Source: Mytilus edulis | Lineage: Eukaryota | DNA length: 64,000 nucleotides | Assembly: GCF_963676685.1 (NCBI RefSeq) | Contig: NC_092351.1 | Span: 7,874,001-7,938,000 of the forward strand | Direction: 5' to 3' | Position numbers and translations under genes: made by a program | Notes under the pieces: generated by a model | Seen by the model: only the letters and a program-made list of their open reading frames with translations | What the model was told of the DNA's origin: nothing | The model's database searches: none | Part shown: in pieces, positions 1-13,299 of the stretch | How positions within the stretch are numbered: position 1 is the first letter of the stretch | How the letters are laid out: every line of letters starts with the position of its first letter

Positions 1-811
1 TTCATAAAAAATGTAAAAAAATAAAAGTTCAAATATCGATACAAATTAATACAAATACCATAGTAGTCATTAAAATATCGGCCCGTTAAATTACTCGTTT
101 TGATTGCTTTACATTTGTAACTTCGGCGCCTTTATCTTAACTAGAAAATTTTTCGTTATTTCATAAAAAATGTAAATAAATAAATACAAATACCATAATA
201 GCCTTTAAAATATCGGCCCCGTTAAATTACTCGTTTTGATTGTTTTACATTTATATTTTCGGCGCCTTTTATAGCTGACTATTGTCTCATTGGCAATCGT
301 ACCACATTTTCTTCTTTTTAAACTTTTGACACATTAAAACACTATATCTAAACTAGAAAAATTTCCATTATTTCATAAAAAAGCTAACAAAATATATATA
401 TTTCAGAAAGGCGGGCTTTAATATCATTCCCATTGTTGTCTTAAGAAAGTAGCAACAACGGCCGTTCCTAACTGATAGAGGTAAGATGACGTGGGTGTAA
501 ACAAATATTAGTGATCATACAGCTTACAACACTGAGCAAGCTTGCATTTCACAACAAAATCTTACGGATCAAATTAATCGTATGCAGCGATTAATTATAC
601 ATGTTTTACAAACAAAATATACTTACAAGTCAAGCACATTTCAGATACATTAAGTTACAATCAATTATTGTCATAAAAGTTTCTTTTGTGAAAAGAGTCC
701 CAGTTGAATATTGCCACAAATTACACGATCAATTAAATTCGTATTTTTTTTTGTGAACCGAGGGTCTAAACCTATGCCACAATGACATAGTCAGCTATGA
801 AATGCATTCGG

Positions 812-1281
812 CATGACAAAATGTGAAATAATTAAAACAAGAAAACACGACCGGATTCATGACAAAATGTGAAATAATTAAAACAAGAAAACACGACCGG
901 ATTCATGACAAAATGTGAAACAATTAAAACAAGAAAACACGACCGGATTCATGACAAAATGTGAAACAATTAAAACAAGAAAACACGACCGGATTCATGA
1001 CAAAATGTGAAATAATTAAAACAAGAAAACACGACCGGATTCATGACAAAATGTGAAACAATTAAAACAAAAAAACACGACCGGATTCATGACAAAATGT
1101 GAAACAATTAAAACAAGAAAACACGACCGGATTCATGACAAAATGTGAAACAATTAAAACAAGAAAACACGACCGGATTCATGACAAAATGTGAAACAAT
1201 TAAAACAAGAAAACACGACCGGATTCATGACAAAATGTGAAACAATTAAAACAAGAAAACACGACCGGATTCATGACAAAA
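812..1281. repeat. 46-bp minisatellite, ~10 units (CATGACAAAATGTGAAACAATTAAAACAAGAAAACACGACCGGATT)
   Basis: Unit starts at 812, 858 ... 1272 with near-identical units. The unit and left flank resemble the reverse complement of the SINE-like repeat at ~13470-13530. Confidence 0.95.
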
Positions 1282-3097
1282 CAGTCAACGTAAAACAGAT
1301 ACACGTATGATTGATCGCCTCCAACGATAACCATTAAATAGCAAGCTTATGGTTAGCCCATTTTATATATGAAGTTGAAATAGTTTTTCCTTAACGTGCT
1401 GGGCCATTAGCTACACATGAAATTTTGATAATGTCGATCAAAATTGATAAGGTGATCATATAAAATAAAACAAAATAAATAAATTTTAATGTGTAAATAA
1501 CGTACATTTCTTCAAAAAGATATTCATATGACATTAAGTATATTAATTCTCGATAAAAACCGATGCAATTGGCAGGTTAATAGATGTTAACAAATACAAT
1601 TTGCTACATTGTCAATTCTATAAACAATGTAAAAAAAATATAAAAGTTCAAATATCGATGAAAATTAATACAAATGTCACAACAGGATTAAAAATATCGG
1701 TCCCGGTTATCATCTCGAGACATCCATACCAGTCTAGGTCACAAGTCGAGGCTCTGATTCTGGTTGCAGGATGATAATTCCCGCTAAACACGGAAAAGGG
1801 CTCTTATGACATAGTATATAAATCTGTTTATCAAGTACTACCGTTTTGGATTTGATATCTTGTGGGCCCTGTATGCTGACATGGGCTGCTTCATTTCGGC
1901 TACTACCTATGCAAAATTAAGGTATGCGATGACATTCATACCATTGTAATTCGGAAGCTATGATATGGTATAAACTACTAAATTGGTAAACATTTTTAAG
2001 CTGTGTGCAATCTCTACTTTACACCAAGAATAGTACACAAACATATAAATAAATAACTATTAAATCAAGAAATATATAATCTTAATAAATTATCTTCTCT
2101 ATCCATAAATAAGTTGTTTTTGACTTTATAGATTCTCATGTATTTATTTTACATTTTCATTGATATTCTTATACATTTGGTTTAACTCTTATGAAATACA
2201 AATCAAAAACGCTATATTCGAAGGACTATATATATTAGGGTATATATTCATCTACATAAGGTGGGTTAACCCCGCGGGTACATATATGATTGTCGCATTA
2301 GTCAGAAGTTTGGAACCAGCATTTATATATGCGTAACAGAAGATATTGGGTTAACATTAATGGAATAGCAAGCCTTACAAATCAAACAATCGGAGAAATC
2401 TTATATCAAGGAGCAAGTGCCAAAGCATATACTAATGGGCAACACATACTAATTGACCAAAGCGCAGACTTTTGGCCTGCACATGTTAAAGGCCGTGCCT
2501 AGACCCATAATTGTTTACTTAGTTATTTTCTATGGATTTATGAGTTTCGAATATCGGTATACTACTGTAACCTTTATTTCATACCTCACTTTCTTACTTA
2601 TAATATCTCAAACTTATGGACTAAAGCACAAATTAATGCGCCAAAGTACAAACTAAGGAGCCAAAACAAAGACTTAAGCGCCAAAGCACAGTCTGATGCG
2701 CCATATGACAGACTAATGGGCATAAACCACGTGTAACAGCAGGGATAATTCATCAAATATAGACCGATGATAAAAGGATTTTTGTTGAAATCATTATCAA
2801 AGATTCTAACAGTCACCAGGAACGGGTAGAGCGAAAAATTGAAAAGCCAAAGTGGTACATTGCTACCCTATATTATTATCATATTTTTTGGAAACCTTAA
2901 CGGTTTTTACTCCATAATATAAAGATCACTCTTTTTACACAAATATTCATGTAAAACACTTAATCAAAATTTAAAGTTAAGACAGTCCGACGGGCATGAA
3001 TAAATTGGGATTGTTATACATCTATTGTTAAATAATCAGTACAGTGCATTGTCGGCATTCCACAAAGTAAACAAGCTCTAAACAACTATGTTATTCG

Positions 3098-4474
3098 TTA
3101 ATCAGATGTGTTAGTCGTTAATGCAACTGTGTTAGTCTTAACTCCAACTTTGTGAGTCGTTGCTGCAGATGTGTTGGGCGTTACTACAGATGTGTTAGGC
3201 GTTACTGCAGATGTGTTAGGCGTTACTGCAGATGCGTGAGGCGTTACTGTAGATATGTTAGGCGTTACTGCAGATGTGTTAGGCATTACTGCAGATGTGT
3301 TAGGCGTTACTGCAGATATGTTAGGCATTACTGCAGATGTGTCAGGCGTTACTGCAGATGTGTTAGGCGTTACTGTAGATATGTTAGGCGTTATCGCAGA
3401 TGTGTTAGGCATTACTGCAGATATGTTAGGCGTTACTGCAGATGTGTTTGGCTTTGTATCATCTGTGTTAGTCGTTACTGCAACTGTGTTAGGTGTTACC
3501 GAATGTTCCTCTTTTACTTTAGAGACTCCGAATGATTTGAAACATGGAATCATTTCTGAAAAGTTTTTCCTAAATCTTGTACTATTGTATGCGTACAGAA
3601 AAGGATTCATGGCTGCTTTGGACCATAGAACCCAGTTAAAAATTTCATATAGATTTTCGTTGACACATTCCTCACAGAATGCTATGATGATCGTGGTAAT
3701 AGTATATGGTACCCATGTGACAAAGAACACTACGACCAATGCTGCTAAAAATCGGACAGCTTTAACTTCACGTTTAGGCTTGCTATTGTTGTGATTTGAC
3801 GTCTTGCTTGGATTAACACCGACACTATTTCTCTTTCGTATCTCTTTATAAATAAGACCGTTTACTATGACAATACAACAAAACGGAATCCCAAATTCTA
3901 TAAATGCTGTTGCAGTTGTAAATGCTTTGTCGTAGGCAAACTGTACGTCACAATCTTCTTCTTCAACAGTATTTTCTCCCGTCCAAATATCCCATCCGAT
4001 TATTGCCGGTCCATATAACAGGAATGCCAATACCCATGTGACACCGATCTGTATACAAGCCTTTTTCATTGTGACTTTCGAAGAATAATGAGGTCCGAAT
4101 TTTAGCAACAGTAATCGATCTATACTGATAACCACCATCATTAATACAGATTCTAGACATAGGGTAAAATCTATAGTCATGTAACCTTTACAGAAATGGT
4201 AACCAAAAGGCCATGTATACGTTTCCAGTGTATACACGGCGTAAAACGGCATGCTAATGGTACTCAGTAGAATGTCAGTTATCGCGAGATTTAGTAAAAA
4301 CGCGTTGTAGACAGAATGAAGTTGTTTGTCACGTATGTAGGCTAGAATTGTCAATAGGTTTCCGACAAAGCCAAAAAATACACACAACGATATAATAATA
4401 CCGAATATAACAACTAAATATAACGGAAATAAAATATCCTCTTCTTCCTCCTCTGTTTCTGTTGTATTTATCAT
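3098..4474 (-). CDS. Class A (rhodopsin-like) aminergic GPCR, histamine H3/H4 receptor-like, single coding exon
   Basis: 458-aa ORF with 7 hydrophobic segments. Motifs: GN (TM1), NLAITD (TM2), WPFG..C (ECL1), TM3 Asp (MTIDFTLC), DRL in place of DRY, TM5 Glu (TAFIEFGIP, as in H3/H4), FFVTWVPY (TM6), NPFLY (TM7). Confidence 0.93.
   Translation of the reverse strand: MINTTETEEEEEDILFPLYLVVIFGIIISLCVFFGFVGNLLTILAYIRDKQLHSVYNAFLLNLAITDILLSTISMPFYAVYTLETYTWPFGYHFCKGYMTIDFTLCLESVLMMVVISIDRLLLLKFGPHYSSKVTMKKACIQIGVTWVLAFLLYGPAIIGWDIWTGENTVEEEDCDVQFAYDKAFTTATAFIEFGIPFCCIVIVNGLIYKEIRKRNSVGVNPSKTSNHNNSKPKREVKAVRFLAALVVVFFVTWVPYTITTIIIAFCEECVNENLYEIFNWVLWSKAAMNPFLYAYNSTRFRKNFSEMIPCFKSFGVSKVKEEHSVTPNTVAVTTNTDDTKPNTSAVTPNISAVMPNTSAITPNISTVTPNTSAVTPDTSAVMPNISAVTPNTSAVMPNTSAVTPNISTVTPHASAVTPNTSAVTPNTSVVTPNTSAATTHKVGVKTNTVALTTNTSD
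3101..3499 (-). repeat. Coding 21-bp tandem repeat: 19 heptads (consensus VTPNTSA) forming the GPCR C-tail
   Basis: Plus-strand unit GGCGTTACTGCAGATGTGTTA. The heptad register holds exactly to the stop codon. Confidence 0.95.
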
Positions 4475-6189
4475 TGTGTAGAATTTATTGCACTAAAATG
4501 AGAAATTACAGGCAAATTGCATTGATCAGTCTTAATATTTACAAAGCACATGAATAATAATCGACTTTGCTTTTTGTTGATACAAAATTACGCACAACGA
4601 TATAATAATACCGAATATAACAACTAGTAAAAGATGACGTCAAATACATTGAACACAACTTTCTGCAAATTTTATAAAAGGAAGGAATAAAATCATTAGA
4701 GAAAAAGATTACACCACTATATAACACGTGTAATACGATATTTCTCAACTTTCAACATTTTAATTATTAAAAAAAAAGGTACGAGGGTGGTTTTAAACAA
4801 ACACGAAATCAAATATTTCAAAACAAAATGAATAACTGAATTTATGAATAAAAATATAAAGCTTTTCTCTCCGAACTAAATAAGATGGATAAGGTATGGA
4901 ATAGACAAATGGATTACAATAATCATAGTATGGTAGCAAATTGACATAATGCTATTTGAAGGAGAGGAGCGGTACTTTTCGTTGATTTCGGATCAATTTA
5001 TAGATACTGTCACGAGCACTTAAAATTACCATAAATAGGTGACATCGGCTCATCGTTTAAAAACTTAAGATTAATGTTCGTAAATCTGACGTTAAGGAAC
5101 ACAAACTGAAATTGACAAAATACGATTAGGGTCGGGGCACCGTATGATGAAATTTGGATCAATGTAAAGAGATTGTGACGGTAAACGATTATAAATACAT
5201 TGTGGAGGAGTCGTCGGCGCATCGTGTAGGAAAATCTTTTTGACTATTTCAGGTTTTTATCTCAACTTCAGAATTTCTATACTTTTGTGCGATTGACCAC
5301 GCAACATCACTCCCCGCTAAACAAAATTCGTGTTTACCCGAATTATCATAAAAGGAACAAAATTAACTAAATAAGTATTTCAAATGGGGTGGTAGTACGA
5401 ATATTAAAAGTAAGCTATATTTATCTAATAAAACTATACTCAAATTTAAACCAAATGTCAAAGGAAAAAAATATGCACACGTCTGATATTTTGTCAATTT
5501 TCGTCGTGATAAAGAAACGGAAAATTTGCAAAAAGATTACTCTTGAAAAAAATAGACATTATAACTTAAAAAATGTATACTAAATCTGTAAAAATTAGGG
5601 TATCAATCATAAAAACATACAAAATAAATATGATATTGTAAAAAGTTTAACAACTTTTAAATTAGTCAATATGTATGCATTATAAAGTCTATCATCTATC
5701 AAACGCTCATTAAATGATTAAATAAATAAAAACGTCATTCATAATCATCTCATCGATATTTAAGTAAGGTAACTGGTCAACTTTTCCTGAGGAAGTAGGA
5801 ACCTTGGTTTCATAGTCATTTCAAGATTTATCAACGAAGATGTGTATATACATTGTGTAAGTAACGAAACAATGACTACTGAGCTGAAATGTCATTCGAG
5901 GACTTAAAGACCAACAGCAAAGTTATCGAATATTTTCCTTGTAGGTTTTAGCGTCCAAACATAAAGCATAAAAGTTGGTATATTTTACGGTTCAAGATGA
6001 TTGTCAAATCATGTTGATATCTAAAATTTTGAATAGAAATGACAAAACAAATAGATAAGCAAAAAAATGATAAACAAATTTGATTTTTTTTAAATAGTCT
6101 CAGATAGGGGAATGGCAATGGCAATACATCATTAATCCTGAAATTGAACTAACATTCAGGCAAACGAAATTAACAAAAGTGGTATATAC

Positions 6190-6435
6190 TCATCATAGAT
6201 ACCAGGATTGAAATTTTGTGTATACGCGCGTTTCGTCTATTAAAGACTCATCAGTTTCGCTCGAATTAAAAATAATAAAAAGACTAATAGAAATTAAAGA
6301 GCATTGAGGACCAAAAACTCCGAAAAGTGTGCCAAATACAGCTAAGTTAATCTATTCCTAAGGTAGAAAAGACCTAGTATTTCAAAAATTCAAAGTTTTG
6401 TAAACAGGTAATTTTTAGTTATAACCATATCAATA
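6190..6435 (-). mobile_element. Retrozyme family A partial copy (hammerhead core intact, stem I damaged)
   Basis: Reverse complement reads CTGATGA-GTCT-TTAAT-AGAC-GAAAC-GCGC-GTA. The body matches the 51676-52711 unit. The post-cleavage stem I strand appears deleted. Confidence 0.8.
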
Positions 6436-6453
6436 GAGTTGAAATTAAAACCA

Positions 6454-6458
<5 letters not shown>

Positions 6459-6484
<26 letters not shown>
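6459..6484. repeat. (TA)n microsatellite
   Basis: Direct read. Confidence 0.9.
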
Positions 6485-6964
6485 GTTGTCTTACCTATCA
6501 TTCAGGTATACGATGCACAAGTTTTAATTTACTTACAAGTATGTTTATTACAGAAATAGTCCTAACTTTTATATCTATTTAACAACCAATGAATTCCAAA
6601 AGACATCACTGAACTTTTCAAAACGTAATGATTGACATTTTCAGCCTCTTGAATATATAGACATTTACCATGAAGATCAATATTTAAAGCCGTTTAATGT
6701 ATACATATAACTAATGTTTCCATAAATATCACTGTCGATATTTTCAAACAGTTTATATAATAGAAACGTTTGAAGATCATTAAAGATACAATCTGTACCT
6801 AATTAGTCGATGTTTAAAACATAAAAATGTCAGCTGGCTAAACCCATCTGTACTTCTACGATAACATTAATGACTCACGACTGAGACGACACTGTACTGG
6901 GTAAAGTATGGTGTTATGACAAGATAGTGGTAATAGAATAAGAAAAAGTCGTTTTTATATAGAT

Positions 6965-7440
6965 TAGACATGTGTTTTTCCCGTTCGAATTGGTTTACAC
7001 TAGTAATTTTTGGGCCCTTTATAGCTTGCTGTTAGGTGTGAGCCAAAGCTCCGGGTTGAAGGCTGTACCTTGACCTATAATGTTTTACTTTTATAAATTG
7101 TTACTTGGATGGAGATTTTTCTCATTGACACTCATACCACATCTTCCTATATCTATTACATATTTTGTAGCTGGTACATCGAAATTAGAAGATGCGGTAT
7201 GAGTGCCAATGAGACAACTCTCCATCCAAGCCACAATTTGTTCACAGTAAACCATTATAGGACAAGCTATTTATGCCCCAAATGACAAGTATAAAGAAAA
7301 TTCAAACAGTACAACCACTTGTTTAATCTGTAAAAAAAAACCCGAGAAACATTTATGAACAACATCACTAAAGGACAACCACTGAACAACAGGTTCATGA
7401 CTTAGGACAGGTGCAAAAAAGTATGTAGCGGGTCTAAATG
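6965..7440. mobile_element. Two tail-to-tail copies of an abundant SINE-like interspersed repeat (tail GAGAGTTGTCTCATTGGCA.TCATACCACATCTT)
   Basis: Plus copy ends at ~7150 and minus copy starts at ~7187. The same tail recurs at ~283, 13610, 20155, 26178, 30015, 30530, 52980 and 54235. Confidence 0.7.
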
Positions 7441-10400
7441 ATTCACTTTCGCATATCCTTAGAAAAATATATTTGTGTTCACTTGTCTCACTTGCAAACT
7501 AAAGGCAGATGCAAAAATGCATTTGATGAGATTTGAAAAAGAAAATTGTTAAAAAAAATAACGATTATGTTTCTGCCCTTATTATGAAAACAAAAATATA
7601 TATATGCGATTCAATGGTAATGAGACGAAATGACAAACTGACAATTGACGCAATGTCTTACATATATTTTTGAATAGTGATGTTCCTTTGGCACAATCTT
7701 GCAGTTTATATTACACAACTGGTTTGCTATGCCCGTATCTATTATCGGTAAATAGTAAATGATGGGACTTCGTAACCACAAATTACTAAAAAATCTTTGC
7801 TAAAGATTCCATAGATACAAACAAAGATTTGGTTTGTAAGTCTGTAAGTGTAGAAAACGTATTTCAAGTTGGTTAGCACATATGTATGTATGTATGTATG
7901 TATGTAATTGGTAGGTTGGTGAATTATAATGTACTTATAAAGTCAGTATTTAACAGAATCACTGCATGTGTATAAGAAAGCGTAAGGATTGCATGTTTTG
8001 CAGCTGGTTATTTGCAGGCAAAATACGAAAACGCTTTAAAAATACAAAATGCAAAACTTCTTCATCAAATATATTTTCTATATGTAGTTTATATAAATAT
8101 AGAAAGAATGAGATGTGGTGTATTTGTTTTAAAAGACCCACTTTGAATAAACATATGTTAATAATTATTTCTTGCTTGAAGTTTAAACACTGGAAATGCA
8201 CGTTACAAACGAAACAACATAATTTTGATTAAATACTACAGAAAATTATCATATTTTCAACATTATAAAATAGATGAGTACTTTTGTGTCCTTATCATTA
8301 CATGACTAAACGAATGGTAACTCAAGAATGGCTTAAACATGTTTTATTGCAACATACATATTAACATGGCTATTGATATTAATTAACATTATAATTCTTT
8401 ATTTTTACTTGTCATTTAACTTCTTAGAAACTTTCCTGTTAAAGTCGTGTATGGTAAAATGGAGAATGAATACATTCCAGAATATGTCATAGTTTGTATA
8501 CCATTATAAGAATTATCAAAAACATAATGTATTCACTCTCCGTTTTACCATACACGACCTTAGTTTTAAGCTCAAATGCTCATATTCTTTGGAGCCCAAA
8601 TGTGCTTTCGTACTAAGGTGAAACTGCGCACACGTCCTTCGCAAGAATATTTTAAGGGTGTATTTGTCACCAATACGAAGTTTCAACACTAAATAACTAT
8701 TCAATTGTTGTCCATTCGTTTGATGTGATTTATCATTTGATTTTGCCATTTGATTAGGGACTTTTCGTTTTGAATTTTCCTCGGAGTTCAGTATTTTTGC
8801 GATTTTTTGACTATGATATATTACACGTAACTGTAAATTTACCAACGTCATATAGAAAGATGTTCACATATGTTTTGAACGTTTTAAAAGAAAATTCGCA
8901 AAAATCAGAAATATTAATCGGGTTCACATAATGAAAACAATTATATTCATCTTGTGCACATTCAGTTGCATGAATACTGCAACGAATTATGCCTCATAGT
9001 TCACCTGAAATTATTTCAGATGTGAAGACCAATATTTGTTTTTAAACAGCTGCTGTACATTGTTACTTTATAAAGAGTCATGTTTGTCATTAGGATTTAC
9101 TTCCATTTCCCTCTTATATGTTTTTTTTTTATTTGACAAAAGCGCTTAAAATTATTTCGTGTTCATTTGACACACGCATAATGGAAAACAATAGATTCTA
9201 TTTATAGCAGAATAATGATATATGTATATGAATTTTTGTTTTACATGATTTTTTTAAACATTGTTATCATGATAAATCACTCTATAACGCAAATGTCCTG
9301 TCAAAAAGCGCAAACGTCCCGTACCGAAATATTTTATATCCGCACATGTTCAATTTTTTTTCATAACACCAGGAAGATTCCACCCCTAAGACCCATTGAC
9401 TACATTCACTTGTTTACACGTCTCCACTTTAGGTAGTAGAAACTCAAAATGGAAGCCCGAACTATTGTTCAATGAATAACTGTATCAAGGATGTTAATAG
9501 CTTAAGTATTAAATGCGTACATCAAAAGTTGTCATACAGATAATAATATAATAATATTTCATTATACTATATACGTAACGTTTAAAACTGTAACGTGACT
9601 TTCGCAAAAAAATTTAGGCAGAATATACTAAATTATCGCCCTTCTCTGTAACCAACAGAAAAAACTATATGTACAAAAACAAAATATAAGATTGATATCG
9701 GAAGCTTTTATATAATGGTCTTGACAACTGTTTGATTACAGAATTACGGATGGGCGGAGGGACGACTTGGTGGCGAGAACGTTAAAATAAAATAACATGA
9801 CTTACATGAATGCAGTAAGTCTCTGATTGAAAGTTTTCCAAGATTGAATGACCTTTCAATCTCAAAAGGAAAATATTAAATGCTTCTTGTTGTAGCAAAA
9901 ACAAGAATTTGATGGTGAATCTGAATATTTCTGACTGCCAAATCTTGTACTTCGAACATATAGATGGTGTATCAACGAGACAGCAACCCAAAAGGACATA
10001 CACACAAAATGCAATGTGTTAAACATGTTTTGAATCTTTTTATTTGACATTTGACCTATCAATTAATGAATTTTCAACAATGGTAATTGATAAATCGGAC
10101 TGTTTTTCAGATTAAAACTAATAATTGCATGGTTTCTTTCATTTTACTTCAGTTAAGCTAGGATATATAGTTAATTAAGATCATATTAAAAAGTTTTTAA
10201 TTCTACAGACTATTGTTTTATTATTTTTGTAAAATATATGTTGTTTAAATTATATTACAATCAACTGGCATAGCTTACATTTTCATTATTTTATTAGAAA
10301 TGCTCGACAGGCATATAAACAATGAATAGCTTTAGGTTGTCAAATCAGAATGGTCGGATTTCAATAAAATCACAATGTTTTCCAATAAAGTTAACTAAAT

Positions 10401-12265
10401 ATGATATGAAAACTCATGATACAGTTTGAAATTTAGTTGTTTTACTCTAAGTTTTACTCTAAGTATTGGGTTCTATTAAACTAATCAAATATTAGAGTCT
10501 CACCACAATCAAACTTATGATACGATTTACAGGATAACAAGTTATACATTCGCAATGTATGCCCCAATTTATAAAAAAAAATGTGCAGAATTTATGCGCC
10601 AAGTAAAGAAATACGCAAGGCATTACAAAAGTTTTATCCTGTCATGTACTAGAGTAAAAATTTCACACAACATTTCATCGTATATAAGAGAATAACCTTC
10701 ACCTGAAATAAACAAAGAAAATTTTCACCCCCTTTTTTGTTGTTAACAAAAAAAGTTAACAAACTTTATTAAACATGTCACCTCAAGTTTCCAAAATATT
10801 CTATAGAACAAAAAAAAGAATGGTGCTTTGGAACTTTGATTTGGAGGTGTAACAATTACATTCATGTTAATATTTTTAAACATCTTCATATATTTACAAT
10901 GCTAATCTATGACATTTAAAACATTTAAGTAATAAAATACATCACCATTTCTTCTCGAAAAAAAGGGATGAGTAGTATACACGTGTTCAAAAGTCATAAA
11001 TCGATAGAGAGAAAACACATCCGTGTTAAAGTTGCAGACTAAAACCGAGGGAAACACATCAATTGAAAGAGGAAAAAGGAACAACAGGAACACTGAAGTG
11101 CAACAAAAACAAACGCCAACATTCATAGAAACGAACTATTTGATAACAACTGCCATATTCCTGACTTGTAACAGTACATTTTATTAATAAGAACAAATGG
11201 TAGGTTGCACAGGGTTTAATAATTAGCCAAAGCTACCGCTTTATTACAATGTTTGAAAATATCGCTGAATTCTTTTCGCTTATGCATTCAAATTTCTATT
11301 TTAATGTGATCTATCCCACATTGAAAGCGTACAAAGGCACTTTTGTTTGATTGACATAATACTTTTCAGTACAATAATAATCTATGTGTTCATTTTCCCT
11401 TTTGGAGAGTTTTATGTGTTTTCTTTTAGCTATTCAGATATTCATAGGCTGAACCAGTGTAAAATTTAAAAAGGAAAAATTTCTCAATTGGTCAGGAGAT
11501 ATTAGCCCTGATGATCTATTTTCCTGGATGTCATTATTTGTTAATATAAAAACAAATGTGATTAAATTGCAAATGAGACGAATCTCAACCGGAAACCACA
11601 TGCAATAGAAGTAAACACATATAGTTAAGCGAACAGTTTTCAGCAAAGAAAAAAAAATATCACATGTAAAATAGTAAATAATTAAAGTCCCCGGAATGAT
11701 AAATGTAAAACAATCCAAACGAGAAAGCTAACGGTCTAGTTTTTATGCAATTCTTTAATTTACTTCCTTCTACAGAAGCAGCAACTTATTCACACTAATA
11801 TGCCTTAAACTTATTAGATATATGTGCCTCGATATGTGTAAAACGATTATTGTTAAGTACATTAAACTCAAAATTACATTATGAATAGATATATATTTCC
11901 AACAAATCTGTAATTCTAATACTAAAATAATTTATTTTAGTATTACAAACCCAAATAAACCATTTAGAAATAAAAATTTAATTTATGTCGGTATATGGTT
12001 TCAGGCCATGGCAATATTTGGCGTGTAATTACCAACTCCCACGAAAAATGTCATGGGCCTGTTTTGACGTGTATTTTTTTGCGGGAAAAGTCTATGCCTC
12101 CCCAAATACATGCAACAAAATCTATAACTGACTATATCATAATCACATACAGTTTTGAGGAGACAACAATACTGGAAACCTCCATGAATTTAAACAATCC
12201 TAACTATCTCCTGACTACTGATTTACAAGCTGATGTTAATGAGAAACCAGCTAATTGTAAATATG

Positions 12266-12906
12266 TAAATCTTTTATATTGTAGGTTCTATCAAGTGTTC
12301 CACTAAACCCCTTTCTAAAGTTATTACTGCCATACTCACTGCAGTTAAAAAAGGACTTCAGAAATATTCCGAAACGGCATATTCGAGAAGGAGTGTTAAT
12401 CAGATGTGGATACTGTAAAATTCAAAAGAGTTATTGGTGAATTTACAATCTCAATCATTAAAACATTGTACCAACATTAAAACCTTTGTTTCTTTATACC
12501 ACTATTCCACATACTAAACTTAAAGCTCGACTGAAAGAACTCGTCACCTTTTGTTTCTTTAACAAGAAGGGCACTAGACGTTTAAATATATATATAGTTT
12601 TTGGCAGGAATTCAGTTACTTTGTAAAAAATCATACAGAGTCAAGCAATTAATACACCTAAGAGGATATCAATGCCATGCTGGACTTTTTAATTGACAAC
12701 ATATTTGTTGAATTTGGAGGTTTGGTCTTCCAACAGCCTATTAGAATCCCAATAGGTACCAATTGCGCTCATCTACTTGCAGATTTGTTTTTGTATTCCT
12801 CTGAAGCAGAATTTATCCAAGGGCTTGTACAGAAAGGAGAAAAGAAATTTAGCCCAGTCTTTTAATTTCACCTTTCGGTATATTGATGATGTACTGTCTC
12901 TTAATA
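12266..12906 (+). mobile_element. Naiad-like (C-terminal RT) Penelope-like element, family 2, 5' part, decayed
   Basis: Frames give CSTKPLSK, VNQMWIL, MLDFLIDNIFVEFGG..FQQ..IPIGTNCA.LLADLFLY and FRYIDDVLSL, with stops and frameshifts. Confidence 0.85.
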
Positions 12907-13299
12907 GACATTTGCAGAAACTGTCATACACCTACGATTAGGATTACAATTTTTCTTACAGGTAACATTTAAATCTTGGGCTTCTCAAAGTGTAAATATA
13001 AACAGTCGATTTAAAACAATGTAACGAAAGTGATGTTTTTCTGTAGTTGAACAACGATTTTTTTTCCTAATATATTTGCATCAATGTGTAAACATTAATA
13101 ATTGTATACGGTGTTATCCAGGCTGAAAATGCTCTAACTGTACAAAGTATGATAGAATGAATTATTGCTTGGATTTACAAGTACCTCGTACACTCTGTGT
13201 TTTTGTTTGATGTATTTCTAAATGTGTCCTTCTGATGAGTTAAGCCTTTTTGAACTAATTTTTATATTTCGTTTTTATGTTGTACTGTTTCATCACTCT

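Larger units (their letters stand above)
4493..6494 (-). other. Putative 5'UTR intron of the GPCR gene
   Basis: Minus-strand acceptor TTTCTCATTTTAG| lies 18 nt upstream of the ATG. A candidate donor AG|GTAAGA is at 6494. The pairing of these two sites is inferred. Confidence 0.45.

Noticed and set aside
812-1281. CRISPR-like appearance of regular repeats (also 31352-32547 and 49444-49872)
   Set aside because: There are no unique spacers and no cas genes, and the context is eukaryotic.
3152-3794. Plus-strand ORFs (RRYCRCV repeat; LGVTADV repeat) resembling Cys/Arg-rich peptides
   Set aside because: They are antisense shadows of the stop-free 21-bp GPCR coding repeat.
4539-12306. Numerous 60-110 aa ORFs here and elsewhere in the track
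   Set aside because: No recognisable motifs. They are expected by chance in AT-rich DNA or overlap non-coding repeats.
13228-13260. CTGATGAG possible hammerhead core
   Set aside because: No properly spaced GAAA or stem II/III follows.
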